The position numbers and the translations under genes were made by a program. Positions 1-11,509 of a stretch of 34,284 nt of DNA are shown here, piece after piece. Positions within the stretch are counted from its first letter, which is position 1. Every line of letters begins with the position of its first letter. The DNA lies in contig JALAIB010000087.1 of NCBI GenBank assembly GCA_023645945.1, forward strand, positions 1 to 34,284, given 5' to 3'. Below the pieces are notes generated by a model. That model saw only the letters and a program-made list of their open reading frames with translations, was not told the DNA's origin and ran no database searches. The stretch comes from Diploschistes diacapsis. Its lineage: Eukaryota.

Positions 1-1
1 G

Positions 2-196
2 GGGTTTATGGATAGGGAGGCGGGGTGGAGCTGGAGGGATTGGATGGTGGGATTGCTTTATGTTTGTATGCTGATGGGCTTGGGGGTGATGGCCGTAGTT
101 ACCGGTCTGTTTGTACGGGGTGTAGTACGGGCAGATGTAAGGGATTCGATGGAGATGTGGCTGGAGTTGTTTGGAGGAGGTGGGTTAGAGCTTTGA
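2..196 (+). CDS. Probable 3' end of a membrane-protein gene running in from outside the window
   Basis: The frame is open from position 2 to TGA at 194-196 and encodes a hydrophobic stretch (WMVGLLYVCMLMGLGVMAVVTGLFV), followed by AT-richer sequence. No family recognised. Confidence 0.35.
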   Translation, partial: GFMDREAGWSWRDWMVGLLYVCMLMGLGVMAVVTGLFVRGVVRADVRDSMEMWLELFGGGGLEL

Positions 197-1179
197 TTTA
201 GGATAGAATTTTGTTATATAGAAGCCGCTAATGCTTTAGCAGAGTTACAGAGTCATTAGAACAAGGTCCATCATCTAGTGCTTCTGAACCGAACTGCTCA
301 TAAGTAACCTCGTTGCTTGCGGATGCCCTGATGGCTTCTCTTATTCATTAAAAAGGCTTTGTGCAGCTTCTACGGTGACTCAGTCGAATGTGCTTACTAT
401 CCAGATCGCGCTACATATATTTCCAAAACAAGTCTCCATTTGTGGGTGATATGAAAAGGAAACGTCAGCATGCTTTACCTTTACTATCGAGGCAACACCG
501 CGAGGATTGCATCTGTCCATCTTTATATATGCTAATACACACACGCCCTCCCATTGCTTCTACTAACGCTAGCGATCTTTCAATCTCCATTTTCTTTTCT
601 TACGGTTTATCTCCACAGTGTTGCGCAATAGCGTTCCCGATGTCTGGGCATATCGCCATCAATGCTGGATTTTTTATAGTGAAGGAAGGCTCTAGCAGGC
701 GGTTACTGAAGACAGACGTCGGGTACTGTAAAATAAGTACCACAACAGATGCAAGTCCGTGATGTTTGGGTTGCACATGTATATGTTTCCGTTTTTCCAA
801 GGCAATAAGGAAGGGAAGTTTGGAAGAAGAAAAAAGGATTGCAAACGTGAGGAAGAACAAGGTTCGTAGGAATCTCGTGGGTTTTAAACATACTGGATCT
901 CCCGGAGCGCTTATGAACGAATACCATCTTCCCTCGAAGCGCTCCCGGAGCCCTCAAGCTGGCTGAGGGCAGGGCCTGCTTTCTCCAGCTCGCTCAGGTG
1001 TACGGCGCCCATATTCAGGGTAGGCGAGTCTGTCCTGTACGATCAGGCAGTTTCATATAACGTTCGACCTCATCAATAGACAGGGGATAAAGCAGGAATT
1101 CTGCACCCGGCATTCCTAAAATTCAACATGCATCTCGACCTTTGCACTGTCGCCACCTACTCCCGCATCTACCTGTCCT

Positions 1180-2657
1180 TCAGCGCAGAGGAGTACCTCC
1201 ACGCGAGCCTCGAGAGGGGCCAGCGCCAACGCCCTTGCTCCCCGAACCTCCCCCCAAACCTCCACCAGAAGCTCCCTCCAAACCCGGACGGTTGCCGCCA
1301 GAGGAAAATGGGATATTCTCCGGCCCCCTCGGCCTCTCCTGCAGACCGCGTGCCGGGTCCAAATCCTCCCAGCCGCCCAGGTACGGGCCCATGTTCTCGT
1401 AGGCGAGTCTGTCGGCGATGTACAGCCAAAGCTCGAATGGTATGACCACCAATGCGGCGATGGAACCCGCTATCCACTTGCCCTTGATTGTGATGCGTCC
1501 GATGTTGGGAGGCATGTTTTTACTGAGCCACTGTTCCCACTGCTTGGCGTCCGGCAAGGTGTCCGGGTTCTTCAAGCAGACTTTGAGCATGACATGAGCA
1601 CGGCTGCCCGACGGTCCAACGTTCCCAACCGACACAGACGAGCCGGAGTTCTCGGGCCTGATGCGGTGCAACAGCGCGCTGGGGATTTCCGGATCCGCGG
1701 CCATCAGATGTATCGGCTGGGCCGTCTTCAGCGCCGTTTGACATTGGTACGTTATCCAGCCCAAGAGATGTGCAGCTGTAATCTCCTTTCCATTGGCGAC
1801 CTCCAGAGCGTTGATTACCAGCTGCGTGAAGCTGGTGTTGGGCATTGAAGAAGCACTCGTTCCCCAGCTTGCTGCTGCGAGCAGCTCCACCCGACTTTGG
1901 AAGGTCGCAAGGCCGGCATCACACGAGTCGAAGATGCAGAGGAAATGATTGGCTTGACTGTTGAAGAGTGGTGCCGATGCTTTGTTCCAGTTCACAATCG
2001 GTCTCACAGGCCTTCCTTGCGTATCGTGTGCCCCACTGAAGGAAGTCAGTTTTTCCGAGTCCGTATGCAGACGAAGGATATGAATTGGGGTCCATTTACG
2101 GTAGACTTACAAGAGATTCAAGACACTGGGATCTTTCTCCGACTTCGTAGCGTGGCCGCTATAGTACACCACAAGAAGTGCTCGTCCAGGAACTTTGTTC
2201 CCGTACTGGGCTTTGAATTCTTCCAGTTCGTTTTGCAGGTACTGTTCGCTTTGTGTCCAATGCATCCGTCCGTCGATCACGTACCTTCTCGCCTCGAAGT
2301 TGTACAGATTCTTCAATGTCTTAAGAAGATTTTCTCGCAGAGGCACCACCTTCAGATCCGTGTGTGAGAAGTGAATAGTCAAGATTGCGGCTCTGGTATA
2401 GTATGGTCTGCCGGAAGGAAGTACTTTCGCTAATGCAACTGCAAGATCGTCTGCAAATACGTGGAAGTCGTCGATGTCATAGGTAGCCACTGCCTGCTTC
2501 TTGGCCCGAGGGCCCAGGTGCTGAGAGGCTGGAGAGGCACTGCGCGCACGCTTGTTGGATGGCTGGCAGTGTCCAATTAGTCATTTCTGGGGATGTAATC
2601 GAGCAGTGGGGGCTTCGCTCTCCTTCGTTGAGGAAGACCCAAAGAAAAACTTACCAT
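1180..2657 (-). CDS. Caspase-fold (peptidase C14-like) cysteine protease-like protein, ~436 aa, 3 exons
   Basis: Exons are 2657-2655 (ATG only), 2562-2111 and 2035-1180. Introns 2654-2563 (GTAAGT..CTAAT..CAG) and 2110-2036 (GTAAGT..CTGAC..CAG) join in frame. Motifs LLVVYYSGHA (His 2152-2154) and CIFDSCDAG (Cys 1921-1923) match the caspase/metacaspase His-Cys dyad pattern, and the later ELLAAAS..SFT..V segment fits too. Confidence 0.8.
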
Positions 2658-3229
2658 TTTGAAATCCGGTTGAAAGATTGACCAAGTAGAAAGGATACCG
2701 CGAGATAGACGAGAAGTAGAAGAGACTGTAGATAGAGGATTGGCTGGACCGAAGAACACGGAGATCAACAGATCGAATGGCAGAGTTAGTTCCCGTCTGG
2801 AGGATCAGGATTGAAAGAAGTTGATGTTTCCAAATATGGAGGCTGATGGTGAGAACTGTGGATGGCAAGGAAGATTGGGCAAGTCAAGGAGAGTTGAAAG
2901 AAGATGGGAAAGGCGGGAGATTAAATAGAACAAGAAAGTATGGAGAGCGGCCGTTTACAGTCAAAGTTTGGATTCACTGAAAAGCCCAAGCTCTGGACTG
3001 TGAGTCACTTGATACGGTCAAGATTCAAATTCAATGTAAACAAACACAACGCATATTCACTCGACGCAGTCAAGATAGGAAATCACTCTAGCATATACCA
3101 GTGTGCACTGTGACGAGCAGAATAGCAGTCATTCTCCAATACTCAATACCTACCTAAGCCAGCACGCAAGCTCAGGTAACTCGATTCCACCAGATTCTGT
3201 GATATCTTGCCATCGTGGGAGAAAGCGTT

Positions 3230-4040
3230 TGTAACACCCGCGATAGCGCCGCTGTCACCACAATACTAGGGTATAGTACTATAAAGCCCACGAGCACGAA
3301 CGAACGAACGTGAGAGCCCTAAGTATATACTTTCAGATAACCGATAACGCTAACATTCCATACATTCCATACATAAACAACGAATTCGTGATATAATAAA
3401 TAATAAAAGCGAACGGCATTTTTGTTTCTTAATAACGAACGCAGCTATCGGCTCGTAGACTTTGATAAAAGATCGAAAAGTCAGATAAAAGGTAGGTTAT
3501 TGAAAGAGCCGCTTCGGATGTTCTGGCGGCGCGCTTCAAAGGTTTATGAAAAATGTGCTCGGAACGCTCCTAGGCTACTTGTGCGCAGGAATTGTTGTGG
3601 TTGCAGACATGATACTGTATATGGAAGTAGGCAACTGTTAATCTTTTGAAGACGGTGCGTTGCTTATAATAAATGCCAATTACTCTTCATGTTGTTCGGA
3701 TTCAGAGAGCAAGGGAACAAAGATGATCCAGACGTATTTGCCCACATGTCACGTAATACTAATAATGCCAGTTAATTTATTATATGCGCTAAACAATAGA
3801 TATCTATGAATATAGTTCGTATTATTTTGGTTATAATAGCTTGGGCTACGTTACCTACTAACAAGTTCATAATACATAGTCTAATAATACGATTATAAAA
3901 ACTATACTCAATACCGCGTTTGAATGACGAATCAAATTTGATTTTTAATTATCATACATTATGATTGAAAGATTTGGAGCTTTTAAATAATAATAATACA
4001 TTTTTAACAAGCTTTCAAAGCTGATCTTTTCAATCCTATA
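3230..4040. repeat. AT-rich, degenerate repeat remnant(s), possibly RIP-mutated TE or solo-LTR debris
   Basis: Locally TpA-rich, with short tandem units (CGAA x3, CATTCCATA x2) and a TGTAAC start at ~3230. No matching terminus or TSD found. Confidence 0.3.
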
Positions 4041-5452
4041 CATATTGTGGTAGTCGCTGGGTTGCTTGGCAAGGCGCATGATGAGATGGCAGCGGCAGGG
4101 ATGCCGGGTAACTGTATGGCTCTAATAAAATCGCTCTTTCGAGCCTGTCACTAATGTATGGTGAAAGGCGCTAACGTTTATTCTGGGGGTCACTTTGTAG
4201 GTAAAGTGCTTCATGCAGTGTGCAGTTTCTCCTCTAAAAATCACAGAGCAGGCTTTTGCGATGTGCGAACACGGCTAGTGATGGCTCGATGGACTAGTTG
4301 ACGGTGCAGAGCCAAGTAACAAAAGCACAGAGCACGTTGCAGGCAAAGTGCAGTAGTCCTTGACGTATACACGAAAGTAGGGGATTCCTGTTAGTTAGGC
4401 TTCGGTTATGACGGAATCCCTATCTCCTGAGGCAGAGCGTCGATCAGGCGACTAATATGATAAAGGTTAGCGTTGATTACTGGTCGAGAAAAGACGATGA
4501 TGACGCATGAGAAATCAAGGAAATGGGAAATTAAGAAATTGCATAAAATGAACTAAAGCTACAAAGCGATGGATGCCGGTTGTTGCCGAATGCCGTTGTT
4601 AACTTAATGCAGCCAATCGTGCTTACTACGGACGGATAGAGCGGAGAGCTTTGGCCCTGTTACATTGCCAGATACGGAAGATGGAGCCGAGGCAGCCACG
4701 GTGCAGAAAGAAGAAGAAAGAAAGTTCAGTGCTAACCCGTTTTGTTTTTCCCTCACTCCATCCGGATTAAGCTTTTCCTCGCTAGCAGTAGTGGCGCTCA
4801 AGTCACACAACCCCACCTACCCTTGCCATTGCCGTCGCCTGTTGGTGATGGAGGATCATCTGCCCAGGAGGTGACTCCGGGGCCTCCCGTAGATTTATCC
4901 TAATTGCTTGACAGTAAGAATGGAGTTAATATAACATCTATCACACTCTTTTTACAGTTATATAACATTGCCACTTTACGCTGAAAATTTGAAAATTTAT
5001 GCTCTGACAGCCCACTAGCTTTTGGTCGGTACAAGGAAGCGTGACTCTCTCTTTCTTACATGCAGAAATAGTCATCCATAGCAGAAGGTTATTGGATACG
5101 TGATTGTGCATGGTATGAGTCACATCACAAAAGACCTAAACTCCATCGCAACTACTTGCTCACTGCAGTCGCACGCCCCATGCACCTCAACTCTCACAAA
5201 CAAAAACCGACCGTTGCTAGTAGTTTCTTCTTCACACGGGCGTCGAATGAGGTCATCCATCTTGCCTGCTTGCATTCAAATACAAATTTCCCCAAACCAA
5301 CTCACTTCTCTTTCTTCTCTCTCCTCCATCATAACAACAGTCAATCTCAGTCTCGTGGCACATCAACACTACGAGCTTAACTCAGCATATCTGAGCATCC
5401 TCTAGAATACTTGGTTTCCTTAACTGTTGTGCAACATCTAGACTAGTCAAAC

Positions 5453-6459
5453 ATGTCGGGCAACCAGGCTCTTAACGTCAACAATGGCATTGGTAGGTTA
5501 TCCTTCTGGTCCGCCATTCTGTCCACAGCCTGCTAATCAATTCCCCAGGCGGCTTCCCAAGCCTCGCCATCACCAACCATGGCTCGGACTGGTACTTCAC
5601 CGTCTGTGCCATCATGGCCCTTACAACTCTCATCATCATGGGCATGAGCTTCGGCAGGCCCCGGTCCCACCGTCTCTTCCACTACATTACCGCCGCCATC
5701 ACCATGGTCGCCGCCATCGCTTACTTCAGCATGGGTGCCAATCTTGGTCAAGTCCCCATTTTGGTCGAGTTCCCCCGCCCTGGAAGCTCTGCGGTCGGTG
5801 CAGCAGGTACCCGCGAAATCTTCTACGTCCGCTACATCGACTGGTTCGTCACCACGCCTCTGCTGCTTCTGGATCTGCTCTTGACCGCCGGCATGCCGGT
5901 TCCTACCATTATGATCACCATTTTGGCCGACGAAATCATGATCGTCACCGGTCTCGTTGGCGCTCTCACTCGGACCTCCTACAAGTGGGGCTACTGGACC
6001 TTTGGCATGCTCGCCTTCTTATACGTCGTCTACTCTCTCGTCTTCGTCGGCCGTAACCATGCTCGTGCCCTTGGTCCGGAGTCGTCTCGCTGCTTCAACA
6101 TGTGCGGCGTCCTCACAATCTTCGTCTGGTTCCTCTACCCTATCGCTTGGGGCCTATCTGAAGGAGGAAACGTCATCCACCCCGACTCCGAGGCAATTTT
6201 CTACGGCATTCTCGACATCATTGCCAAGCCTGTCTTCGGTTTCCTTCTCCTCAGCGGCCACCGCAACATCGAGCCCGCCATGCTCGGCCTGAACATCCGC
6301 GACCCCGAGGCTGGTGTTGGCCACACCGGAGTGAACAATGGAGTTAACAATGGCGCGAACAACGGTACCCACGAAAAGCGTGGCTTTTTCGGCCGCAACA
6401 GGAACAATGCTGCTGGTACCGCCACCAATGGCACCACCGCCGCCAACACGACCGTTTGA
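5453..6459 (+). CDS. carO: Fungal rhodopsin, CarO-like (microbial type I opsin, probable light-driven proton pump), ~316 aa, 2 exons
   Basis: Exons are 5453-5492 and 5549-6459; the intron is GTAGGT..CTAAT..CAG. The N-terminus NQALNVN..AITNHGSDWY is typical of CarO. Helix C RYIDWFVTTPLLLLDL carries the bacteriorhodopsin R82/D85/T89/D96 equivalents. Also present are WFLYPIAWGLSEGGN and helix G LDIIAKPVFG with the retinal-binding Lys, followed by GHRNI.PA.LGL.IRD as in Fusarium CarO. Confidence 0.93.
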
Positions 6460-7397
6460 TTCGTTCACACGTCTTCATGATAGCGTTTACAAGGATACCC
6501 CAAATGATGCGTGAATGTTGAAGCGAGTTAATGGATCAGGGTTCAGTGGTGGATGCGGTATCTCTTTGTTTGCACGAATCTTCTTCTAGACCATGATACC
6601 CTCTCGTTACTGGTGTGATTGCATTTTGCTGTCGTGACCACGTGGGCTGAATTGATGAAGGGATATTCGCAGTATGTGCGACCAAAAGCTGGGTTCTTAC
6701 CACGAGCTTATGCTAGTTTAATATGAGTATTGCGTCCATGTCCCTCTCCATCAGGAAGTTGGTGCTTGTGTACACAAATGGTTGCGTGTACCGCCTCCAT
6801 CCCCTGTGAAGGTGGTTTTAGAAAATGCGTCCATGGTACATCCTCAAGATATTACCCCGACACACAAATTGCCTCGTCAATATTGTGGCTCCCAAAATTC
6901 GGTAATGCTTTTATTTTGGCATTCGAACACATGTAGCCCCATCTTCTTTTCCGGCCTGGAATATCATGGAACACTCGCCCTGTCCCGCTGGCGAACGCTA
7001 CATACGACTACTAAAACTTACTGGTACCAGTACTACGGATACGGACACGGACGACGTTGTAAAACCTTCGCGGAATGGGAGGAGGGTGACCATGATATTG
7101 CGTACTGGAGAATGAGGGCGGAAAAGGAAGGGCACACATAGCTTTTAGGTAGCCGGGCTGAGATTACTACGAGGCTTGCTGCACTTTGTACATTGCGGGA
7201 AAGAGCGGATTGGTCTTGGGCCATCAGTGCTTTGGATTTTGATTGGCTCAAAGGCTACTACTGTGGCGGCACATCGCCCCCACCCCCCATTTCTCTCGCT
7301 TCTCACAGGGTATCTATCTCCTTGGTCTTCCCCCACCCACTCGCCTTTCCCCGTGACACAACTACCGCCCCCACCGTCTCTCGACCTCGCGGTTTAC

Positions 7398-8230
7398 TCA
7401 CCACCGGCGTCTCTTCCACTCCCAGCCCCCCACCAGTCCTTCCCTCTCTCGTTCCCTTCGCTCTTCATCAAGCCCGTCCCTCTCCCACCGCCCGAACAAG
7501 CCCGAGCCCGCAAATACTATCAGCGGCATGTAACCGGCCCGCGCCGTACTCGTACTCGACCACGGACACTTCGTCGGATACATCATAGCCCACGGGACCT
7601 CCTGCCCGGCGCCGAAAAGGGCGAATGGTAGAGCGAACGCGATGAGGAAGTAAGTGGGGAAGGGCATAGGTATGTCTGTAAGAGCGGCGGCGCTGTCGAG
7701 AATGCCGTATGCGAAACCGAGGCGAGTGTCCCAGGATGCAGACAGCAGGGAAGCCAGGATTAATGGCCATCCGGCCCACAGCATGATTATCCTATGCCTT
7801 GGAAACCGCTCAGCCAGGTAGGTCATCAGCGCCGCCCCCACGTCAGATATGCCTGCCGCGACCACCCCACGAATGCGACTCGTGTATCCCCCGCAAATAG
7901 GGCGTTGTGCAGGTAATGGTCCTGAAAGACACCGAAGGCGGAGGGTATGGGCCATATAACAGCCTCGAGGGTGAAGCCTGCCAACAAGACGGTTCTTGCT
8001 CTTCTACCCCCGCCGGTGGGTAGAAGGTTAATAATCTTGGGACGGTTGGACTGCCAGGGGTCGTGGCAAGGGTTAGATGGAGATGTGGGGCAAGCGATGC
8101 TGTTGTCGAAGGAAGCCCTGTCCCAGCAGGAACTTGTAGGGAGCGCATCGGAAGGGAGTTTCTTGGCGGAATGGCAAGGAAGGGAGGTTTTGGGAGAGCA
8201 CGTCGTTGAGAGGGGAATCAGGGGCGGCAT
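7398..8230 (-). pseudogene. Monocarboxylate-transporter-like (MFS, Mch family) pseudogene
   Basis: Likely ATG at 8230. LPTGGGRRARTVLLAGFTLEAVIWPIPSAFGVFQDHY resembles the Mch N-terminus. A 1-nt frameshift at the G run 7865-7868 leads into VVAAGISDVGAALMTYLAERFPRHRIIMLWAGWPLILASLLSASW. The sequence then jumps directly to RLGFAYGI and to a C-terminal-like GYMPLIVFAG. It is far too short for 12 TM helices. Confidence 0.75.
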
Positions 8231-9060
8231 TAGACCCAGACTATCACCCCGAAGAAAGGCAAGGTAGGGGGTTTCAAGATAAAAAAGCCAATTCCGCGAC
8301 GTCAATGGCACATGTCGAGAGCAACGGAAGAAGACCGGACAGTCGGGCTGCCTGTCGAAAAAGGAGAGGTTTTCCTACAGCATGTCGCAAAAGATGAGCA
8401 TAGCGATAGGGTCGACGACATGCATCGACGCTGAACATGTTGGGGTCACCGATGCCAAGAAGAATTGGAACAGGGGTACAAGGCAGTGCGTGGACGCTTT
8501 TGGCTAACAAGCAAAAAAAAACTAACTTACACCACTTCAAAAGTCACTCCACTATGAATCCTCTCATCCTTCGATTCGATACCAGGTATAAAGAAACTTG
8601 TGTAATGTGTCGTCTACGCTTAGTGCTTTCCCCCGCATACTTACAACATGAAACGCATCAGTAGGAAAGCTTATTGAGCAGCGGTTACGCTTATTGATGA
8701 CTATGAAGTGAGTCAAGAGGGCACAAATCCTCAAAGTCTTGGTTCAAATAATCTACTAAAACATGTTATCGCTGTGGCACCAGTTGGTATGGGGTATCCG
8801 AGGATTTATTTGCAATCCTTCAAGTCTGCCACTGCAGTAAAAGCCTTCTGTTGAGGAATGAAGGAAACGCTGTCCTACGACCAAATACCGAGCGAGCGGA
8901 AGCCACTGACGAGATGAGAAACCACGTAAAGGTCGCCGGATAGGGCATACCAGGATTCGATCAGAGAAGCTTAGGGGGTTTGTCGGTAATGTCAACATCC
9001 AAGTTCTACAAGAAACTCTTGCCGGCATCTGCTAGGCAGAGCATCATGATGCCAGCAATC

Positions 9061-11509
9061 TCAGTGATCAGAAGCAGTTTTGGGGGGCGAAGGTCTGTCT
9101 TGTCCCACTTTCTCGTGGCTCTCCTCCTCTTCACTTTCGCCTTCTGCATCCTCGTCGGCATTTGAATCTTTTGGATCTGTGAACCAGAGATAAGCTAAAG
9201 ATTGAATTCACTCGAGGGTGTAAACCAACCGGCAGTTTTGGTTGAGGCTGCAGCCCCAGCACGGATCGCCGCGCTTGCTCCAGCAGGAGAGAGGCTAATG
9301 TAAGCTGTTGTATAATTGTCAGCGGAGCTCATTGAATTAGCTCTGGATTGCCCTTACTCAATGCATTCGACATTGGTGGCGGACCCATAGCAGCCTGTCC
9401 CTCCTTCTTTGCCTCTTCAAGCCAAGCTGAATTTTTGCCTCTCCTTGGGCTCCTTCCTGCGGTCTTGACCTCCTTTGAGCTTCCTTCTCCGACCTTGGCT
9501 CTCTTGCGGCTGCCATTAGCACTTCCTCTTCGATTGACCCCCGTTGGGCTGGGGGCCTCGCATGTTATCTGCTTATCCGCATCTGCAACGGGACGCCTCA
9601 CGGGAGTTGGAATCTCGTCTTCGGTCTCGTCGTCCTCTACATATCTTTTGTTGGCCTTTTTCCGAGGTGAACTTCTCAGTGCGGGAGAGCTGGATTTGCC
9701 TTCGCCCAACTTCTTGCGACTTTGCGCGCGGCCAGAGGTAGTCTCGGCGGCTTCCCTATCGCCGGTGCTAGATCGGCTGTTGGTGATGTCGTGCGTGGAA
9801 GATGGCTGGCTGGACGCAATTGCTCCATCGGTAAGCTGTTGATGAGCTGGTCCTTGCCGGGGCGAAAGTTGAGTTGCTCGACTGAGGAAAGGGTAAGGGC
9901 TTTCGCTCGGACTGTTACCACGAGGCTCGCCTGCACGTGAGGTTGTGGTGGTATAGCAGACGTTCTTGGGGGAAGTTACGTTCTGTCCTCGGGCGGTGGC
10001 TGTAGCGCGTGGTATCGCCGGAGGCAACATCTGGGTTTCTCTTCTAGCCGGAGGTGCCGAAGCATGAATGTGGCCATTCCCTTGACGGGAGTGTTGGGCC
10101 GAGTCGCCTGCTTCTGTCACTGAGCTGGACGTATGGCACTCCGCAGAAGGACCATTGATGCGATGACGGGCTGACGAAACAGCAATTTGCCCACCTTGCG
10201 GAGCAATATCTTGGCGTTCTCTGTTCGTCTGCGCGACTGAGTCATAGTAAGTACTGCGTGAATGAGTGTTACTGAATCCATTCCTAGCCTGGAAAGCCGA
10301 CTGTGCTTCTTGGGCACGTGAAGCATAACTTCCATTACTATGGCCGAAACTTTCGGAACCCCATGAATTGTTTTGTAATGACTGATTCAATAGTGCGCCA
10401 TGATGGCCATTTCTACCATTGTTCTGAGATGTTTCTGAATAGTCCCGTACTCTTTTACCATTTAGAGCAATGCCGTTGACTTCACCATGAATGTTAGTCG
10501 CTACAGTAGTATCTCGTGCAGTATTCGCGTGACGGGGAAGGCTTGAGCCATCCTGGTGAACGCTTGGTGATCCAGCTGAAGTGTTTGTTTGGGGACTTTG
10601 GACTGCATAATTGTATTCAGTGATGTTCTCTTGCATAGACCCAGGATGCCTGTGAGACATCGCATTCGGGGTCTGAATTGATGGGCTGTTGCTGCAGTTA
10701 GGTTGATGCGATCCATTAGACAATCCTGAAGATGCTAACTGTCCGCTTGGACTTGTAGGCGAGTTGTCCTGAACTGGAATACCCAAGGCTTGCCCTTGCC
10801 TTACTGGCCCCAAAGAGCTCTGATGGTTAGCTCTATTTTGCTGGCTAGCAGGATAGTTGCCAGCATGAATGTGTCCTTGGCGAATATGGTCGTTGGAAAT
10901 GCTGACATTCTGTGAAGCATCATGTACTTGACGTTCAGATCTGCTCTCATGGTTGCCGGTTCCTTGAGCTTCCAGCATCTGTTGGCTGAGAAAACGTGCC
11001 TGTGGCCCAGGAAGGATAAAGTTTCCTTTCAAAAGAGAGGGCAAGTGGCTTCTGAGTTGTTGATCGGTTTGGGATTGACCCGTGTTGTCATCCGCATTCG
11101 ATTCTGACGTCTGAGGTGCATCGCAAGGATTTGCAGCATGTCCATGTAGTTGTCCATCTCTTGCCTGTTGTCGGTAGACTTCAATACGCTCGCGGCAAAT
11201 GGCCTGATCGAGAGCGCGAGACTTCTTGTGTGCCGCGTCTCTTTCGTTGATTCTCTCGGTCAGTGCTGGCCCTTGAAAACAATGGTCATCTACTGCTTGC
11301 TCATCGAGGAGCCTGGCGGCCTGTTCGCGAGATTGAGCAAATAGCTCGCGGGCATGCTCGGGACGGATAGGGTCTTGACCTTGTCGCCAACCTGGGGGTG
11401 TGAGGTACGAACGCAACGAGCCGACGCCCGGCACTCCATGGCGGCTGCCGACTTCGTCAGCGTGATTGTTGTATACGTGAGTAAGAAACGCCAGTGGATC
11501 TGTGTCCAT
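9061..11509 (-). CDS. Hypothetical, largely disordered S/Q/N/G-rich protein, ~780 aa, 3 exons, with basic NLS-like patches
   Basis: The 726-codon ORF is extended by splicing: exons 11509-9358, 9304-9230 and 9176-9061, with two 53-nt GT..CAG introns whose phases are compatible. It has an acidic tail (EDAEGESEEEE), basic patches SPRKKANKR and SRKRAK, and a CT-rich 5' region at ~11.7-11.85 kb. No domain recognised. Confidence 0.75.

Noticed and set aside
1128..2367. Plus-strand and alternative-frame ORFs overlapping the protease gene (likewise those over the opsin, 780-aa gene and helicase)
   Set aside because: These are shadow ORFs of GC-rich coding sequence, explained by the spliced gene models.
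4378..4422. Imperfect hairpin GGGATTCC..GGAATCCC upstream of the opsin
   Set aside because: The perfect stem is only 8 bp, which is expected by chance, and there are no tRNA or other ncRNA hallmarks.
6782..7141. 119-aa plus-strand ORF downstream of the opsin
   Set aside because: Non-ATG start, no recognisable domain and no splice support; probably 3'UTR or intergenic sequence.
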